DNA of 64,000 nt from Acetatifactor sp. (GCA_045545375.1 JAZQAT010000064.1:684-64683), one strand, 5' to 3'. Shown: positions 1 to 10,425, numbered from the stretch's first letter. The notes: a model not told the origin generated them from the letters alone. Made by a program: numbers and translations.

Positions 1-321
1 TCTAATCACTATGCCGCTATGAATATCAATCAGCTTGCAAATGAACTTCAATTAGATCGCTGCTATCTAAGCCGTATTTTCAAGCAGCGCACCGGACTTT
101 CCATCAAGACCTATCTGACTAATGTCCGACTTCAGGCAGCACGGAATTTGCTTTTGCAAAATTATACTGTTACCGAAACAAGTACTATGGTAGGATATGC
201 AGATATTGCCAGTTTTTCCAGAGCCTTTAAGGCTTACTATAAGTTTTCTCCTACGCAATATGTTCAGCTAAATACACAAAGCCTAACTCCAGATGCTACA
301 GATGCAACACAAATTTCTTAA
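1..321 (+). CDS. AraC-family regulator, C-terminal HTH part (5' end outside window)
   Basis: Frame is open from base 1; double HTH signature YLSRIFK...ARNLL...VGYADIASFSRAFK..SPTQY. Confidence 0.85.
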   Translation, partial: SNHYAAMNINQLANELQLDRCYLSRIFKQRTGLSIKTYLTNVRLQAARNLLLQNYTVTETSTMVGYADIASFSRAFKAYYKFSPTQYVQLNTQSLTPDATDATQIS

Positions 322-335
322 ATAATCAGAAAACA

Positions 336-380
336 AGGAGGTGCCTCACAAGTCATTTCTTGACTTGTGAGACACCTCCT
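336..380. terminator. Hairpin between convergent genes, probable bidirectional terminator
   Basis: aggaggtgcctcacaagtca-tttct-tgacttgtgagacacctcct inverted repeat. Confidence 0.7.
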
Positions 381-395
381 CACCTTGCAGCACCG

Positions 396-2405
396 TTATC
401 CAATCATATCCTGACCTTTTCTGATCAAAGTATAGCATGCATTTCCATCCAGCTGAATTCTGCTCTCGCCCCGGACATCCTGTGAAGAAGCCGCTGCATA
501 GATGATATATTCACCCATTTCTACTACCCAACGATTCAACATGACATTGTAATATGCAAAATCTTCCATATCCAGCGATATCTCTACTGCAATTGTTTCT
601 CCTGCCTTTACAAATACTTTTCGGAAAGCCTTCAACTCTTTTACAGGCCGCTTCACGCTGGAATCGCAGCTTCCTACATAAATCTGAACCACTTCACTTC
701 CATCCGTTTCCCCGGTATTGCTTATTTGAAGGCTCACCAGAACAGAATCTCCCTGTACCTGTGTCTTAAGCTCACTGTATTCAAATTTACTATAAGACAG
801 ACCATGCCCAAATGGATAAACGATTTCCTCCGGATGCTTATCATAGTAGCGATATCCCACATCACCCTTCTCACGGTATTCCACCACATTCCCTTCTCCG
901 GGATAGTCCAAATCTGTACGCACTCCTTTGGGGAATGTCTCCGGAAGCTTACCGGAAGGATTCACCTGACCGGTCAGTACATCTGCAATGGCTTTTCCGG
1001 CGCTTTCTCCTGCAAGCCACATCTGCACAATTCCGTATACACGGTTACGCCACTCGCCCAATACCATGGCACTGCCCGTCTGCATCACTACGATCACTTT
1101 TTTACCAATATCACATGCCATTTCGATAAATTTCTCATAGTTCGGATTGAATCTTGCTGAGCGTCTGTCAAAGCACTCCGTATCTTCAGAAACCATAGAA
1201 CCGATAAACATAATTACCACATCAGAATCCTTGATAAAACTCTGAAACTCACCACGTTTAGGCCACAGCATAGTATCTGAATATTCCCGCTTCCGGTACA
1301 TCTCCTTATATTGGATTTCTACATCATCGCCGAGATTTTTCTTAAGCTCTGTCAAAGGACTGTCTATATATTCCGGCCAAACATTCACTTCTGCGCTGCC
1401 CTGTCCGCAGATATTAGGGCTGTCGGCAAATTCTCCGATCACAGCTATCTTGTGATATTTTTCCTTCGTTATCGGTAAAATATCCTGCGCATTTTTCAAA
1501 AGTACGATTCCTGCAGATGCAATTTTCCGGGCAATTTCATGCTGCTTCTTTCTGTCATAGGTGGTACGTTCCGGTTTTTCTTTGGTGACAAAACGAAGCA
1601 TTCTCAGGACTGCCTGATCGATTTCCTCCATTTTCACTTTGCCCTGCTCCAAAGCAGATTTCAATTCTTCCACAATATGAGCATTGCGCGGCATCTGAAG
1701 ATCCAGCCCCGCTGCAATCGCATTCCCGATATTATGTACGGCACCCCAGTCAGAAATCACAAATCCCTCATAATTCCAGTCATCTCTAAGTACATCTGTC
1801 AGTAAGAATCTGTTTTCGGAACACCAGATGGAATGCACTCTGTTGTATGCGCACATTACGCTTACCGGCTTTGATTTTTTGACCGCGATCTCAAATCCTT
1901 TCAGATAGATCTCACGGAGCGAACGCATGTCCACATCCACGTTTACGTTAATTCTGTTGTCTTCCTGATTGTTACAGGCAAAGTGCTTAAGGCTGGTACC
2001 GACACCTTTATCCTGCATACCATTGATATAGGCTGCCCCAAGATTGCCTGCCACCACAGGATCCTCTGAAAAATATTCAAAATTTCTCCCGCAAAGAATA
2101 TGGCGCTTGATATTGATACCGGGGGCAAGCAGCATGGAAATCTCTCTCTCGATACATTCCTCTGCCAGAGCTTCTCCCAGCTCATAAGTCAGATCCACAT
2201 CCCATGTGGCACCCACACTGCACAGATTGGGAAAACTGGTGCAATTCTCTTCCATATCAGTACGCACACCATGAGGCCCGTCCGCCATTTTTTTCGGGGG
2301 GATTCCCAATCGCTCTATGCCATACGTACTCATACGTCCGGCTCCTGTCAGCAAAAGCACCTTTTCTTCAAATGTCATTTCCTGTAAAATTTCATGAATC
2401 GTCAT
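396..2405 (-). CDS. Glycoside hydrolase family 3 (beta-glucosidase-like)
   Basis: DGPHG, GRNFEYFSEDP, KHFACN, nucleophile motif SDWGA, PSGKLPETFP, YPFGHGLSY, C-terminal Fn3-like domain. Confidence 0.95.
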   Translation of the reverse strand: MTIHEILQEMTFEEKVLLLTGAGRMSTYGIERLGIPPKKMADGPHGVRTDMEENCTSFPNLCSVGATWDVDLTYELGEALAEECIEREISMLLAPGINIKRHILCGRNFEYFSEDPVVAGNLGAAYINGMQDKGVGTSLKHFACNNQEDNRINVNVDVDMRSLREIYLKGFEIAVKKSKPVSVMCAYNRVHSIWCSENRFLLTDVLRDDWNYEGFVISDWGAVHNIGNAIAAGLDLQMPRNAHIVEELKSALEQGKVKMEEIDQAVLRMLRFVTKEKPERTTYDRKKQHEIARKIASAGIVLLKNAQDILPITKEKYHKIAVIGEFADSPNICGQGSAEVNVWPEYIDSPLTELKKNLGDDVEIQYKEMYRKREYSDTMLWPKRGEFQSFIKDSDVVIMFIGSMVSEDTECFDRRSARFNPNYEKFIEMACDIGKKVIVVMQTGSAMVLGEWRNRVYGIVQMWLAGESAGKAIADVLTGQVNPSGKLPETFPKGVRTDLDYPGEGNVVEYREKGDVGYRYYDKHPEEIVYPFGHGLSYSKFEYSELKTQVQGDSVLVSLQISNTGETDGSEVVQIYVGSCDSSVKRPVKELKAFRKVFVKAGETIAVEISLDMEDFAYYNVMLNRWVVEMGEYIIYAAASSQDVRGESRIQLDGNACYTLIRKGQDMIG

Positions 2406-2407
2406 CT

Positions 2408-3238
2408 TTACCTCCTGCGTCTGCCGGTCTGCTCAAGAAATTGTCTGCATGGAAGCAGGAAATCCGTCTGAATGATGTCATAGCCTTTATCGGCAATCCA
2501 GCCCCATCCTTTTTCCGGGTTCTCCACCAGCGAAATATCATCATTATGTCCGGCAGCTAATTCATCCTTATAATTATACACGATTCCGTTTGCCCACACA
2601 AGCATTTCATCACTGTGCATACGATTAATATATTCCTTTTGCGCTACAGGAGCAGTTTCTTTTGCAAAAACCACTTCTACTCCGACGTAATTGATATTAC
2701 GTTTCCGAATCTCCTCGTAGGTGGTATCCTCATCTTTCACAATGGCCATATAAGGAAGATCCGGAGCATATTTTTCCACATCATCAAGATATTTAGGCTT
2801 ATTTGATGTTTTGATAATGACCTGATCTTCCATATGTAGCTTTCGCACCAGTGCAGCAATCTCTTCGGGATGCTCCCAGAACTTGTCGATATTCACGATA
2901 CATTTATCCTTAAGCATAGTCAAAGCATCCTCCAGACACATAATATGCTGGTCGGTGCGAGTCAGATCACAATTGGAAAGATAAAGTTTCTTCACCACAG
3001 AGGCAGGATAATTCTTGATAGAATCCATCAGACGCAGATGTACCTTCTCCATACCGGGGTGCTGAATGAAAAGCTCTCCGTCAAGGCTGCTTTCCACATC
3101 CAGTTCAATGATATCAGCTCCCTGATTTAATGCAATCTGAAAAGCCTGCCGTGAATTACAGGGAATATTTCCGCCTGCAACACCTCTGTGGGCTGCTAAT
3201 AAAATCTTTTTCTCTTTTGCCTGATCAAATAATTTCAT
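2408..3238 (-). CDS. Glycerophosphodiester phosphodiesterase family
   Basis: AAHRG, ELDV, C-terminal IIQTD motifs. Confidence 0.85.
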   Translation of the reverse strand: MKLFDQAKEKKILLAAHRGVAGGNIPCNSRQAFQIALNQGADIIELDVESSLDGELFIQHPGMEKVHLRLMDSIKNYPASVVKKLYLSNCDLTRTDQHIMCLEDALTMLKDKCIVNIDKFWEHPEEIAALVRKLHMEDQVIIKTSNKPKYLDDVEKYAPDLPYMAIVKDEDTTYEEIRKRNINYVGVEVVFAKETAPVAQKEYINRMHSDEMLVWANGIVYNYKDELAAGHNDDISLVENPEKGWGWIADKGYDIIQTDFLLPCRQFLEQTGRRRR

Positions 3239-3239
3239 C

Positions 3240-5387
3240 TTAGGACCTCTTTTCTCCCATTTTCTGTGACTTAATATACTGCTGCGGAGTCACTCCCACA
3301 TGCTTTACAAATGCTCTCCGGAAAGTAACCTCATTTTCATATCCGCATTTACGCGCTACATCCATCATATCAAAGTTCCCTTCATCGATCAGCCGTTTGG
3401 CCGCCTCCACCCTCATCCTGTGAAGATAATCAATGAAATTCATATTAACCGTCTCTTTAAACAGCTTGGATACTGTTGGTCTGGACACTCCGAAATGATC
3501 TGCAATATCCTGCTGAGACAATCCTGAAGACATATAATGCTGCTCCACATATTCCACTAGGCTGCTTCCTATCGTCAGGAAACGGTGACTTCTGTTATAA
3601 GCATTTATAATCTCGCGCAGCCGTTCTTCCAAAAAGTCCCACAAACCTTCCATATCCTGAGTCTCTCTCATTTCCTGATATCCAAGTATCTTTTCATTCC
3701 ATACCAGATTTAGCTCCAACGCATATCGGCAGAAGGTCTCATAAATCAAACCGATGACTTTGCATTCCACTTCCGGCATCAATTTACATGCCGTATTCTC
3801 TTCCCTTATCTGATCCAAAACTAACGCTGCTTCCTGGAAATTTGCCAACTGCAGGCATTTTATCAGCTTCACTTCCACATCAAAAGGATAAAAATAAGTA
3901 AGCTGTTTTTCTTCAATTCTATTGTGAGCGAACTTTGCTTTGATTTCTTTATAAGATTTGTGTATTCCTTTAAATCCTTCGTAAGGCTCTCCAATATAGA
4001 ATTCTGCATCCTGTTCCTCCAGATATTCTTTCACATGCTCACTGATTCTCTCACTCTGTATGATAAGCTTCTGTTCGCTGCCCACATATCCCATAATAAG
4101 CAGTAAACAGCCTTCCATATAGGATACCACCGCAGTAATGCCCTGATAATAACAGTCCATCTGCAGTTTCAGTGAAATATCCATCACGGGCTTGCGTTTT
4201 TCGCTATCAGACATAATATCGGCAAATGCTATGACCTGATATGTCATGCTATCAGAAAAACCCGTATGAAATTTCTGAACATATTCCCCTATCTTTTCTT
4301 CGTCATAAGTTCCCTTCAATAAGCTTGTAAAAAAACTGTTCTGGCCAATCATATAGTACTGATTTGCCAGTTCCTCCATTCCTTCCTTTTGATTCTGAAG
4401 ATCCAGGAAAATATTTTCCAGACCCTCCAGTCCATGAAAACGTTCCTGCACATTTACTCCGAACCGTTCCAACAATGCACCAATAGGTCTGTATGTCAGC
4501 CTGGCCAGCATATAGGATACCACAACCGCCGCAATCATAAGAAACAGGCATCCTAAAACAATGTATATTACATTTACAAAGGTATCCTGATAGTAAGATA
4601 AGCCCACTTTGAATCGGTATTCCCATTGATACAACGTGGAAGGCAGTGTGATGTCAAACTGCTCGCTGCCCTTTACATTACTCTTTTGATAAGAGAATAT
4701 TACTTCATTATCATAACAAATTTGAAAATCTTCAGCATCTACAAGATTCGTCTCTATATATTTGACAAACTGCTTTGCATCTACCAGGACAAAAAGTACC
4801 ATTCTGGAGGATTGGTCATAATCTATTTGTTTTAAAATGCAGAAATCCCCGCTACTATTCTCAGATTCACTACATGAGAATAATACCTGGGCACCATATT
4901 TCCCCTCCAGTTTTTCTTTTACCGTATCCAGCAGATTACTGTCCAAATCTATGAACTTAAAGTATCTCCCGCATTCCCAGATTTCCTTTCTGTCTACCGC
5001 CAGATTCCTCTTGGGAAACAAGACAGCAGTAGATTTTGCAATCCGCAAAATATCATTGAAAACACCTAATTCCTTTAAGATTTCCTTCTTTTTAAAGTAA
5101 TCCACTTTGGAATTCAATATCTCCGATTGCGATGCCAAATAAGGAGACCAGCTGGAAGCGCCCACATGGGTCGCCACCAGCTCTATTGTGCTGAATTTAT
5201 CATCTATGATCTGTGTCATCAGTTCTGCGGAAGCTTGCGCTTCCTGCAGAACCATTTCCTTGTTCTCCATCTGTTTTTGATAGATAAAAGTAATGTACAA
5301 TAGCAGAATCAAGATCGTCATTATCGATATGTATATCAAAAAAGTATCTCTGAAAAATCGATTCTTAAAGTAATTCAGCATAGTCAT
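3240..5387 (-). CDS. Membrane-anchored one-component AraC-family sensor/regulator
   Basis: Two TM segments flanking a probable extracytoplasmic domain; C-terminal AraC double HTH (CGYENEVTFRRAFVKHVGVTPQQY). Confidence 0.9.
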   Translation of the reverse strand: MTMLNYFKNRFFRDTFLIYISIMTILILLLYITFIYQKQMENKEMVLQEAQASAELMTQIIDDKFSTIELVATHVGASSWSPYLASQSEILNSKVDYFKKKEILKELGVFNDILRIAKSTAVLFPKRNLAVDRKEIWECGRYFKFIDLDSNLLDTVKEKLEGKYGAQVLFSCSESENSSGDFCILKQIDYDQSSRMVLFVLVDAKQFVKYIETNLVDAEDFQICYDNEVIFSYQKSNVKGSEQFDITLPSTLYQWEYRFKVGLSYYQDTFVNVIYIVLGCLFLMIAAVVVSYMLARLTYRPIGALLERFGVNVQERFHGLEGLENIFLDLQNQKEGMEELANQYYMIGQNSFFTSLLKGTYDEEKIGEYVQKFHTGFSDSMTYQVIAFADIMSDSEKRKPVMDISLKLQMDCYYQGITAVVSYMEGCLLLIMGYVGSEQKLIIQSERISEHVKEYLEEQDAEFYIGEPYEGFKGIHKSYKEIKAKFAHNRIEEKQLTYFYPFDVEVKLIKCLQLANFQEAALVLDQIREENTACKLMPEVECKVIGLIYETFCRYALELNLVWNEKILGYQEMRETQDMEGLWDFLEERLREIINAYNRSHRFLTIGSSLVEYVEQHYMSSGLSQQDIADHFGVSRPTVSKLFKETVNMNFIDYLHRMRVEAAKRLIDEGNFDMMDVARKCGYENEVTFRRAFVKHVGVTPQQYIKSQKMGEKRS

Positions 5388-5406
5388 CCTTCACTTTCAT
5401 CTACTA

Positions 5407-7122
5407 TTATTTATTAGCACGGTCGTAACGATTCTGGGATATCTCGATGAGTTCGTCCAGACCAAGCTCCTTCATCTCAGCAATGTAGGTATCCCAATCA
5501 TCCATAGATGACTGTCCCATGATCAGCTTTGTCAGGAGTTCCTTATAATAAGTATCCAGATCAGCTCTTAAGTCAGCACTTCTCTGAGTCTCATCTTCTG
5601 TTGCAACTGCCAGACTTGCAGACGGAGTCATCCGGGTAAATACATAATTCTCTGAATTTTCATAAATATCTTTGATGACATTTGCCTTATCTGAATACCC
5701 TGATCCTTCGTAACCGACAGAATAACCGGCTTCTACTACAGTAGCAAGCTCCTGAGCACGGTCAACAATCTCAAGTCTGGGCAGAATCGCATTGTTAGTC
5801 CACAAGGCAGGCAGGTTGGAAATCAACTGTACTTCACTGATTTCACTGTCAGTAATCTTCACCTTCACACCGTCTACTACTTTGTAGGAATAACCTTCAA
5901 TACCATACTCTGTTAAAGTACTGAATTCTTCGCTGCAGAGATAATCCAATAATCTTCCAACTGCTTCCTTATTTGCCTGTGAAGTAAATGCAACTTCATA
6001 GCTGGAATTCTTCTGAATACCGTCCTGAATGCTTATTACAGGACTTACACCTGTTTCAGGATCACAGTTAATACCTACATAATTAGCACCAGCCTGTCCT
6101 TCGGATACAACAACTGCAGCTTCTTCATAAGTTCCGGCCCACCATGAGCAGATCAAAGCCAGTCTATTCTCAACCTTATTCTCTGTTCCGGATTCTGCAG
6201 TGTCCAAAAGGCCTGCGTCATACAACTTTTTCATAAAGTTGATGTAATCTTTGATACCATCCTGATACCAAGGTGAAGTAACTACTCCAGACTCATAATC
6301 TGTAAAGCATACGAGATCTGTTCCCAATCCGAACATCTGTGCAATTCCGTTATAGAAACTGCTGAGAGAAGCTCTTGTCAGTTCATCTTTAGCACCATTA
6401 CCGTTGGCATCCTTCTCCTGGAAAGCAAGTAATGCATCATACAGCTCATCAGTAGTCTCAGGCATCTCGATGTTCAGCTTGTCCAGCCAGTCCTTACGGA
6501 TCATAGCACCTTTCACACTGCCCCATGATTCTCCCTGATAATCACCGATGGTGATAGGAGACAGCCAGTAAATATTACCGTCTTCCATTGTGTTAAGCTC
6601 TAAAACTGCTCCGTCACCGGTAGTGTAAAATTCTTTTGTAGCCTCTTCTGAATAAGTATCCCAAATCTCATTGACAGGAACAAGTACTCCCTGTTTGATC
6701 AGATTCATTCTTGTTTTGGAATCTACACCGTGGATATTAACCATGTCACAATCAAGACCTGCTGCAATCTGTGTCTGAATAACAGTTGCATACTGGTCTT
6801 CTGCAATCAGGTCAAGCTCCAGCTGAATGCCTCTCTCAGCAAGATCGGATGTCAACTGCTGCCATATTTTACTGTCACCGTTTACCCAGTCAGACAAATA
6901 TACCGTATTACCGGCATTATCTGTTCCCGCACGGTCAACACCCAGAATTCTTATGGTGTCCAACTCCTTGGTCTCTTCTTTCACGGATTCACTTGCGGAA
7001 CCAACTTCTGTTTTCTCGGCAGAGGTGCTCTTGTCTTCTGAATCTTTTGCACCACAGCCTGCCAAACTTCCCATTACCATTGTCGCTGCTAATAAAGCAG
7101 CCCAAATTCTCTTTTTCTGCAT
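5407..7122 (-). CDS. Carbohydrate ABC transporter substrate-binding lipoprotein
   Basis: Lipobox LAGC; IRKDWLDKL..PETTDELYDAL..F..KDANGNG motif typical of LplA-like binding proteins. Confidence 0.9.
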   Translation of the reverse strand: MQKKRIWAALLAATMVMGSLAGCGAKDSEDKSTSAEKTEVGSASESVKEETKELDTIRILGVDRAGTDNAGNTVYLSDWVNGDSKIWQQLTSDLAERGIQLELDLIAEDQYATVIQTQIAAGLDCDMVNIHGVDSKTRMNLIKQGVLVPVNEIWDTYSEEATKEFYTTGDGAVLELNTMEDGNIYWLSPITIGDYQGESWGSVKGAMIRKDWLDKLNIEMPETTDELYDALLAFQEKDANGNGAKDELTRASLSSFYNGIAQMFGLGTDLVCFTDYESGVVTSPWYQDGIKDYINFMKKLYDAGLLDTAESGTENKVENRLALICSWWAGTYEEAAVVVSEGQAGANYVGINCDPETGVSPVISIQDGIQKNSSYEVAFTSQANKEAVGRLLDYLCSEEFSTLTEYGIEGYSYKVVDGVKVKITDSEISEVQLISNLPALWTNNAILPRLEIVDRAQELATVVEAGYSVGYEGSGYSDKANVIKDIYENSENYVFTRMTPSASLAVATEDETQRSADLRADLDTYYKELLTKLIMGQSSMDDWDTYIAEMKELGLDELIEISQNRYDRANK

Positions 7123-7195
7123 AATAACCTCCTAGATATATAATATATTATTTCTCTGTAAAAGGCCAGAGATAAACCTTCATGTAGTAATATTT

Positions 7196-8107
7196 CTATT
7201 CCTTCAGTGACCCCATTACCATACCTTTCACAAAATACCTCTGGAAGAAAGGATATGCAAACAAAACGGGAAGGGTCGTAAAGATAATCATGGCATATTG
7301 CAGCTGTGCATTAGACAGCTCTCTGGCTGCAGCTTCTTTTGCTGCTGCAGGATCCATAGCCTGTGTCACGGTTCGCGTTGATTCTACCAAGATCCTTCTC
7401 AGATGCATCTGTAAAGGCTGCCAGTCTGTATGTGGCAGGTACAGCATCGCTTTGAACCAGCTGTTCCACGTAGCCACTATGGTATAAACTGCAATTACCG
7501 CAAAAATCGGTTTACCCAGCGGAACGAATATCTTCACCAATATCTGTAAAATGCCTGCTCCGTCAATCTTAGCCGCCTCTGACAAGGAATCCGGTATTGA
7601 CCGGAAATAAGACCTTACCAAAATAATGTTCCAGATAGAAAAAGCAGCCGGTATAATCTGTGACAAAGGACTGTCATACAATCCCAATTTTACAATCAGC
7701 AAAAAGGAAGGAATCATTCCACCGCCAAAATACATAGGTATCAATAAAAACATGGTGAGAAACTTTCTGCCGATCAGTTTCTTATAATTAAGTCCAAATG
7801 CAACCGTCGTACTGGTAATTACCATGAGTATGGTATTGGCGATTACATACAAAAAAGTATTTGCATAAGCCCGCCACATTTTCGAATCTGTTACCAGGAC
7901 CTCGTATGCTCCCAGATTAAATCCTTTCGGAATCGTATATACCTTCATTGTTGCAGCATACTGCGGCTCACTGAGTGACAAAATAAGTACATAATACATT
8001 GGATACACTGTAATAAAAGCCATCAGAGCAGCTAACAGGTACAATATTACGGTGACTGCACGATTACCTTCTTTTATCTTACTCTTATATTGATTTCTAT
8101 TTTTCAT
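7196..8107 (-). CDS. Carbohydrate ABC permease (LplC/MalG-like)
   Basis: EAA loop LSEAAKIDGAG; C-terminal YPFFQRYFVKG..GSLKE. Confidence 0.93.
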   Translation of the reverse strand: MKNRNQYKSKIKEGNRAVTVILYLLAALMAFITVYPMYYVLILSLSEPQYAATMKVYTIPKGFNLGAYEVLVTDSKMWRAYANTFLYVIANTILMVITSTTVAFGLNYKKLIGRKFLTMFLLIPMYFGGGMIPSFLLIVKLGLYDSPLSQIIPAAFSIWNIILVRSYFRSIPDSLSEAAKIDGAGILQILVKIFVPLGKPIFAVIAVYTIVATWNSWFKAMLYLPHTDWQPLQMHLRRILVESTRTVTQAMDPAAAKEAAARELSNAQLQYAMIIFTTLPVLFAYPFFQRYFVKGMVMGSLKE

Positions 8108-8118
8108 ATCGCACCTTC

Positions 8119-9078
8119 CTACCAGAGACCAACGCCAGCCAATTTATTACTTATTTTATTTGCCACATACGTAATTGCAAATCCAATTAACGAAGTAAAT
8201 ACTCCGGCTGCCGTGGTATAACTGTATTGTCCTTCCAGAATACCAAGTCTGTATGTATAGGTTCCGATAACATCTGCCACATCATAGGTAGCAGGTGTAT
8301 AGAAAAGAAGGATCAGATCTGTATTCGTCGACAGAATATCTCCAACCGTTTTAATCAAATTAATTGCAATTACCGCTTTCAATCCGGGCAATGTTACATG
8401 CCATACCTGCTGCCACCTGTTGGCACCATCCAATTTGGCAGCTTCATACAATCCAGGATCAATAGATGAAATTATGGAACAATAAAGAATACTTCCGAAT
8501 CCGAATCCCTTCCACACATTGGTGAATGTGTATATCCAAGGAAATGCACCGGAATTCGTACGGTAATTCTCCCTTGCAAATCCAAAAACTGAAAGCAAGC
8601 TGGTAATCAGACCATCCGTATCAACAAAGGAAATCACCATACCTGCAACGACTACAGTGGAGATAAAATAGGGCATGTAGCTGGCAGTCTGAATGAATTT
8701 CTTGTACCTCAGATGCTTGATCTGATCAAGAAGCAGTGCAAACAGAATCGGTGCGGTGAATCCAAAAATCAGATTTAAAATACTGAGCACCAACGTATTT
8801 TTTAATAATCTGGTAAAATAATGTCCTGTAATAAACTGCTTGAACCATTTTAAGCCTACCCAGTCCACATCTTTTCCAATGAAAGACGATCCAGGCACAT
8901 AGTCCTGAAAAGCAATGATGATCCCATACAGTGGCACGTAACAGAATATCAGAATCAGTAATAGTGTAGGAAGCATCAGTGCATAAACCTGAAGATTCTC
9001 TTTAATAATCCCTTCGCCATACTTCTTCTTTTGCTTCGTTCCTGATTCGCCTTTCATGTTATGAATCTTACGAAACAT
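8119..9078 (-). CDS. Carbohydrate ABC permease (LplB/MalF-like)
   Basis: LYEAAKLDGANRWQQ EAA loop; start moved to ATG 9078 to fit AGGAGG at 9089-9094. Confidence 0.93.
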   Translation of the reverse strand: MFRKIHNMKGESGTKQKKKYGEGIIKENLQVYALMLPTLLLILIFCYVPLYGIIIAFQDYVPGSSFIGKDVDWVGLKWFKQFITGHYFTRLLKNTLVLSILNLIFGFTAPILFALLLDQIKHLRYKKFIQTASYMPYFISTVVVAGMVISFVDTDGLITSLLSVFGFARENYRTNSGAFPWIYTFTNVWKGFGFGSILYCSIISSIDPGLYEAAKLDGANRWQQVWHVTLPGLKAVIAINLIKTVGDILSTNTDLILLFYTPATYDVADVIGTYTYRLGILEGQYSYTTAAGVFTSLIGFAITYVANKISNKLAGVGLW

Positions 9079-9116
9079 AAATAACAATCCTCCTTTTCTT
9101 TGCTTTTGCTAACACA

Positions 9117-9179
9117 AGTATAAGGTTGTCATTCCCTTTATTTCAATTGCCAAAATGTTCTGCGGAAGTCAAAATGTTC
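9117..9179 (-). promoter_or_regulatory. sigmaA-like promoter of ABC operon with upstream direct repeats
   Basis: TTGAAA (9141-9146) -18 nt- TATACT (9117-9122); GAACATTTTG twice (9151-9160, 9170-9179). Confidence 0.55.
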
Positions 9180-9270
9180 CTACCCTGTACAAATAGAGCA
9201 GGAACACTTTGTTCCAAAAAGAACTATTTTTTCTTAAGGTAAAACCGTCTTTACATTCATCGCTAAAAGT

Positions 9271-9312
9271 AAAATGGACCTTACACTAATCGCTTAATGT
9301 AAAGTCCATTTT
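9271..9312 (-). terminator. Intrinsic terminator after FNT gene and small ORF
   Basis: aaaatggaccttaca...tgtaaagtccatttt inverted repeat with T run. Confidence 0.65.
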
Positions 9313-9354
9313 AGGGGATTATCATATATTCAAATATTAGTTAGTTGGCTTATT

Positions 9355-9462
9355 TTATCTGGCCATGCATTTCCAATAGCCGTAAATTACAGCTGCCACA
9401 CAACCGACTCCGACTACCTCAATTGCCAGTACCTGCAACACCTCTTCGATAAACAACATCAT
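9355..9462 (-). CDS. 35-aa single-TM small protein (not in ORF track)
   Basis: MMLFIEEVLQVLAIEVVGVGCVAAVIYGYWKCMAR*, AGGAGG 9 nt upstream, overlaps the FNT 3' end in another frame. Confidence 0.6.
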   Translation of the reverse strand: MMLFIEEVLQVLAIEVVGVGCVAAVIYGYWKCMAR

Positions 9463-10333
9463 TGTTCATGCCCTCCTTTAAGGTATCTTTTTCTTTTGCT
9501 TCTGCTTTTTCTTTATTTAAATAGAACAGTGGAAGTCCTAAAAATAGGATGCCTCCCAGAATATTACCAATGGTTACCGGAACCAGGTTCCCAAGAAGAT
9601 AATTCGTGGCATTCAATGCATCTAACTGCTCGCCTCCATATCCGTATTGTTCCATTGCAAGCTCTACATAAGTGGAATTGGTCTTTGCCAGAAGACCTGC
9701 CGTAATATAATACATATTAGCTACGCAGTGCTCAAATCCTGCAGTAACAAACAGCATAATGGTAAAGAAGCATGCCAACAACTTTCCGGTAATGTCTTTT
9801 GCACAAAGCGCCATCAAAACAGCTGCACATACAAGAATATTACACAGGATACCTGATACAACCGCTTTGGAGAAAGAAATTCCTGCCTTACCTACTGCTA
9901 CCTTGATCGTATATGCTCCCAGCATTCCGGCTGAGTAATCCAATTGACCGCTCATTGCAATCAATACTGCCAACAAACTGGCGCCGACAAAATTTCCGAA
10001 ATACACCATTGCCAACACACGTACTACATCTTTTATAGAGTTTTTCCCGGCAGATACACCCATTGCCATGAGACAGTCTCCGGTAAACAACTCTGCACCC
10101 AACAGTATTACCATCATAAGTCCAACAGGAAATACAACCGCAGCTGCCAGTCTTGCAAGTCCAACATCAGCAATCGTATGAGCCGCCACACTGCTTGCAG
10201 CTGCACCCATGCCAATCATGACTCCTGCCAGGATTGCCTTACCAAACAGACGCTCATTTGTCATCTGTGCCTTTGCCTGACACCCTGCTATATATTTGTC
10301 AATTGCTTCCTTCGTTGATAAAAATCCTTCCAC
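9419..10333 (-). CDS. Formate/nitrite transporter (FNT family)
   Basis: FPVGL, GAELFTG, GILCNILVC, GFEHCVANMY, VTIGNILGG motifs. Confidence 0.95.
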   Translation of the reverse strand: MEGFLSTKEAIDKYIAGCQAKAQMTNERLFGKAILAGVMIGMGAAASSVAAHTIADVGLARLAAAVVFPVGLMMVILLGAELFTGDCLMAMGVSAGKNSIKDVVRVLAMVYFGNFVGASLLAVLIAMSGQLDYSAGMLGAYTIKVAVGKAGISFSKAVVSGILCNILVCAAVLMALCAKDITGKLLACFFTIMLFVTAGFEHCVANMYYITAGLLAKTNSTYVELAMEQYGYGGEQLDALNATNYLLGNLVPVTIGNILGGILFLGLPLFYLNKEKAEAKEKDTLKEGMNNDVVYRRGVAGTGN

Positions 10334-10425
10334 TGTCTTCTCCTCTTAATCTATTCACGATTCTTGGTTTCTTTAATTCTTCATTAAAATAGCAGATATC
10401 TGTTTTTTATGGAAATATAAATTTA

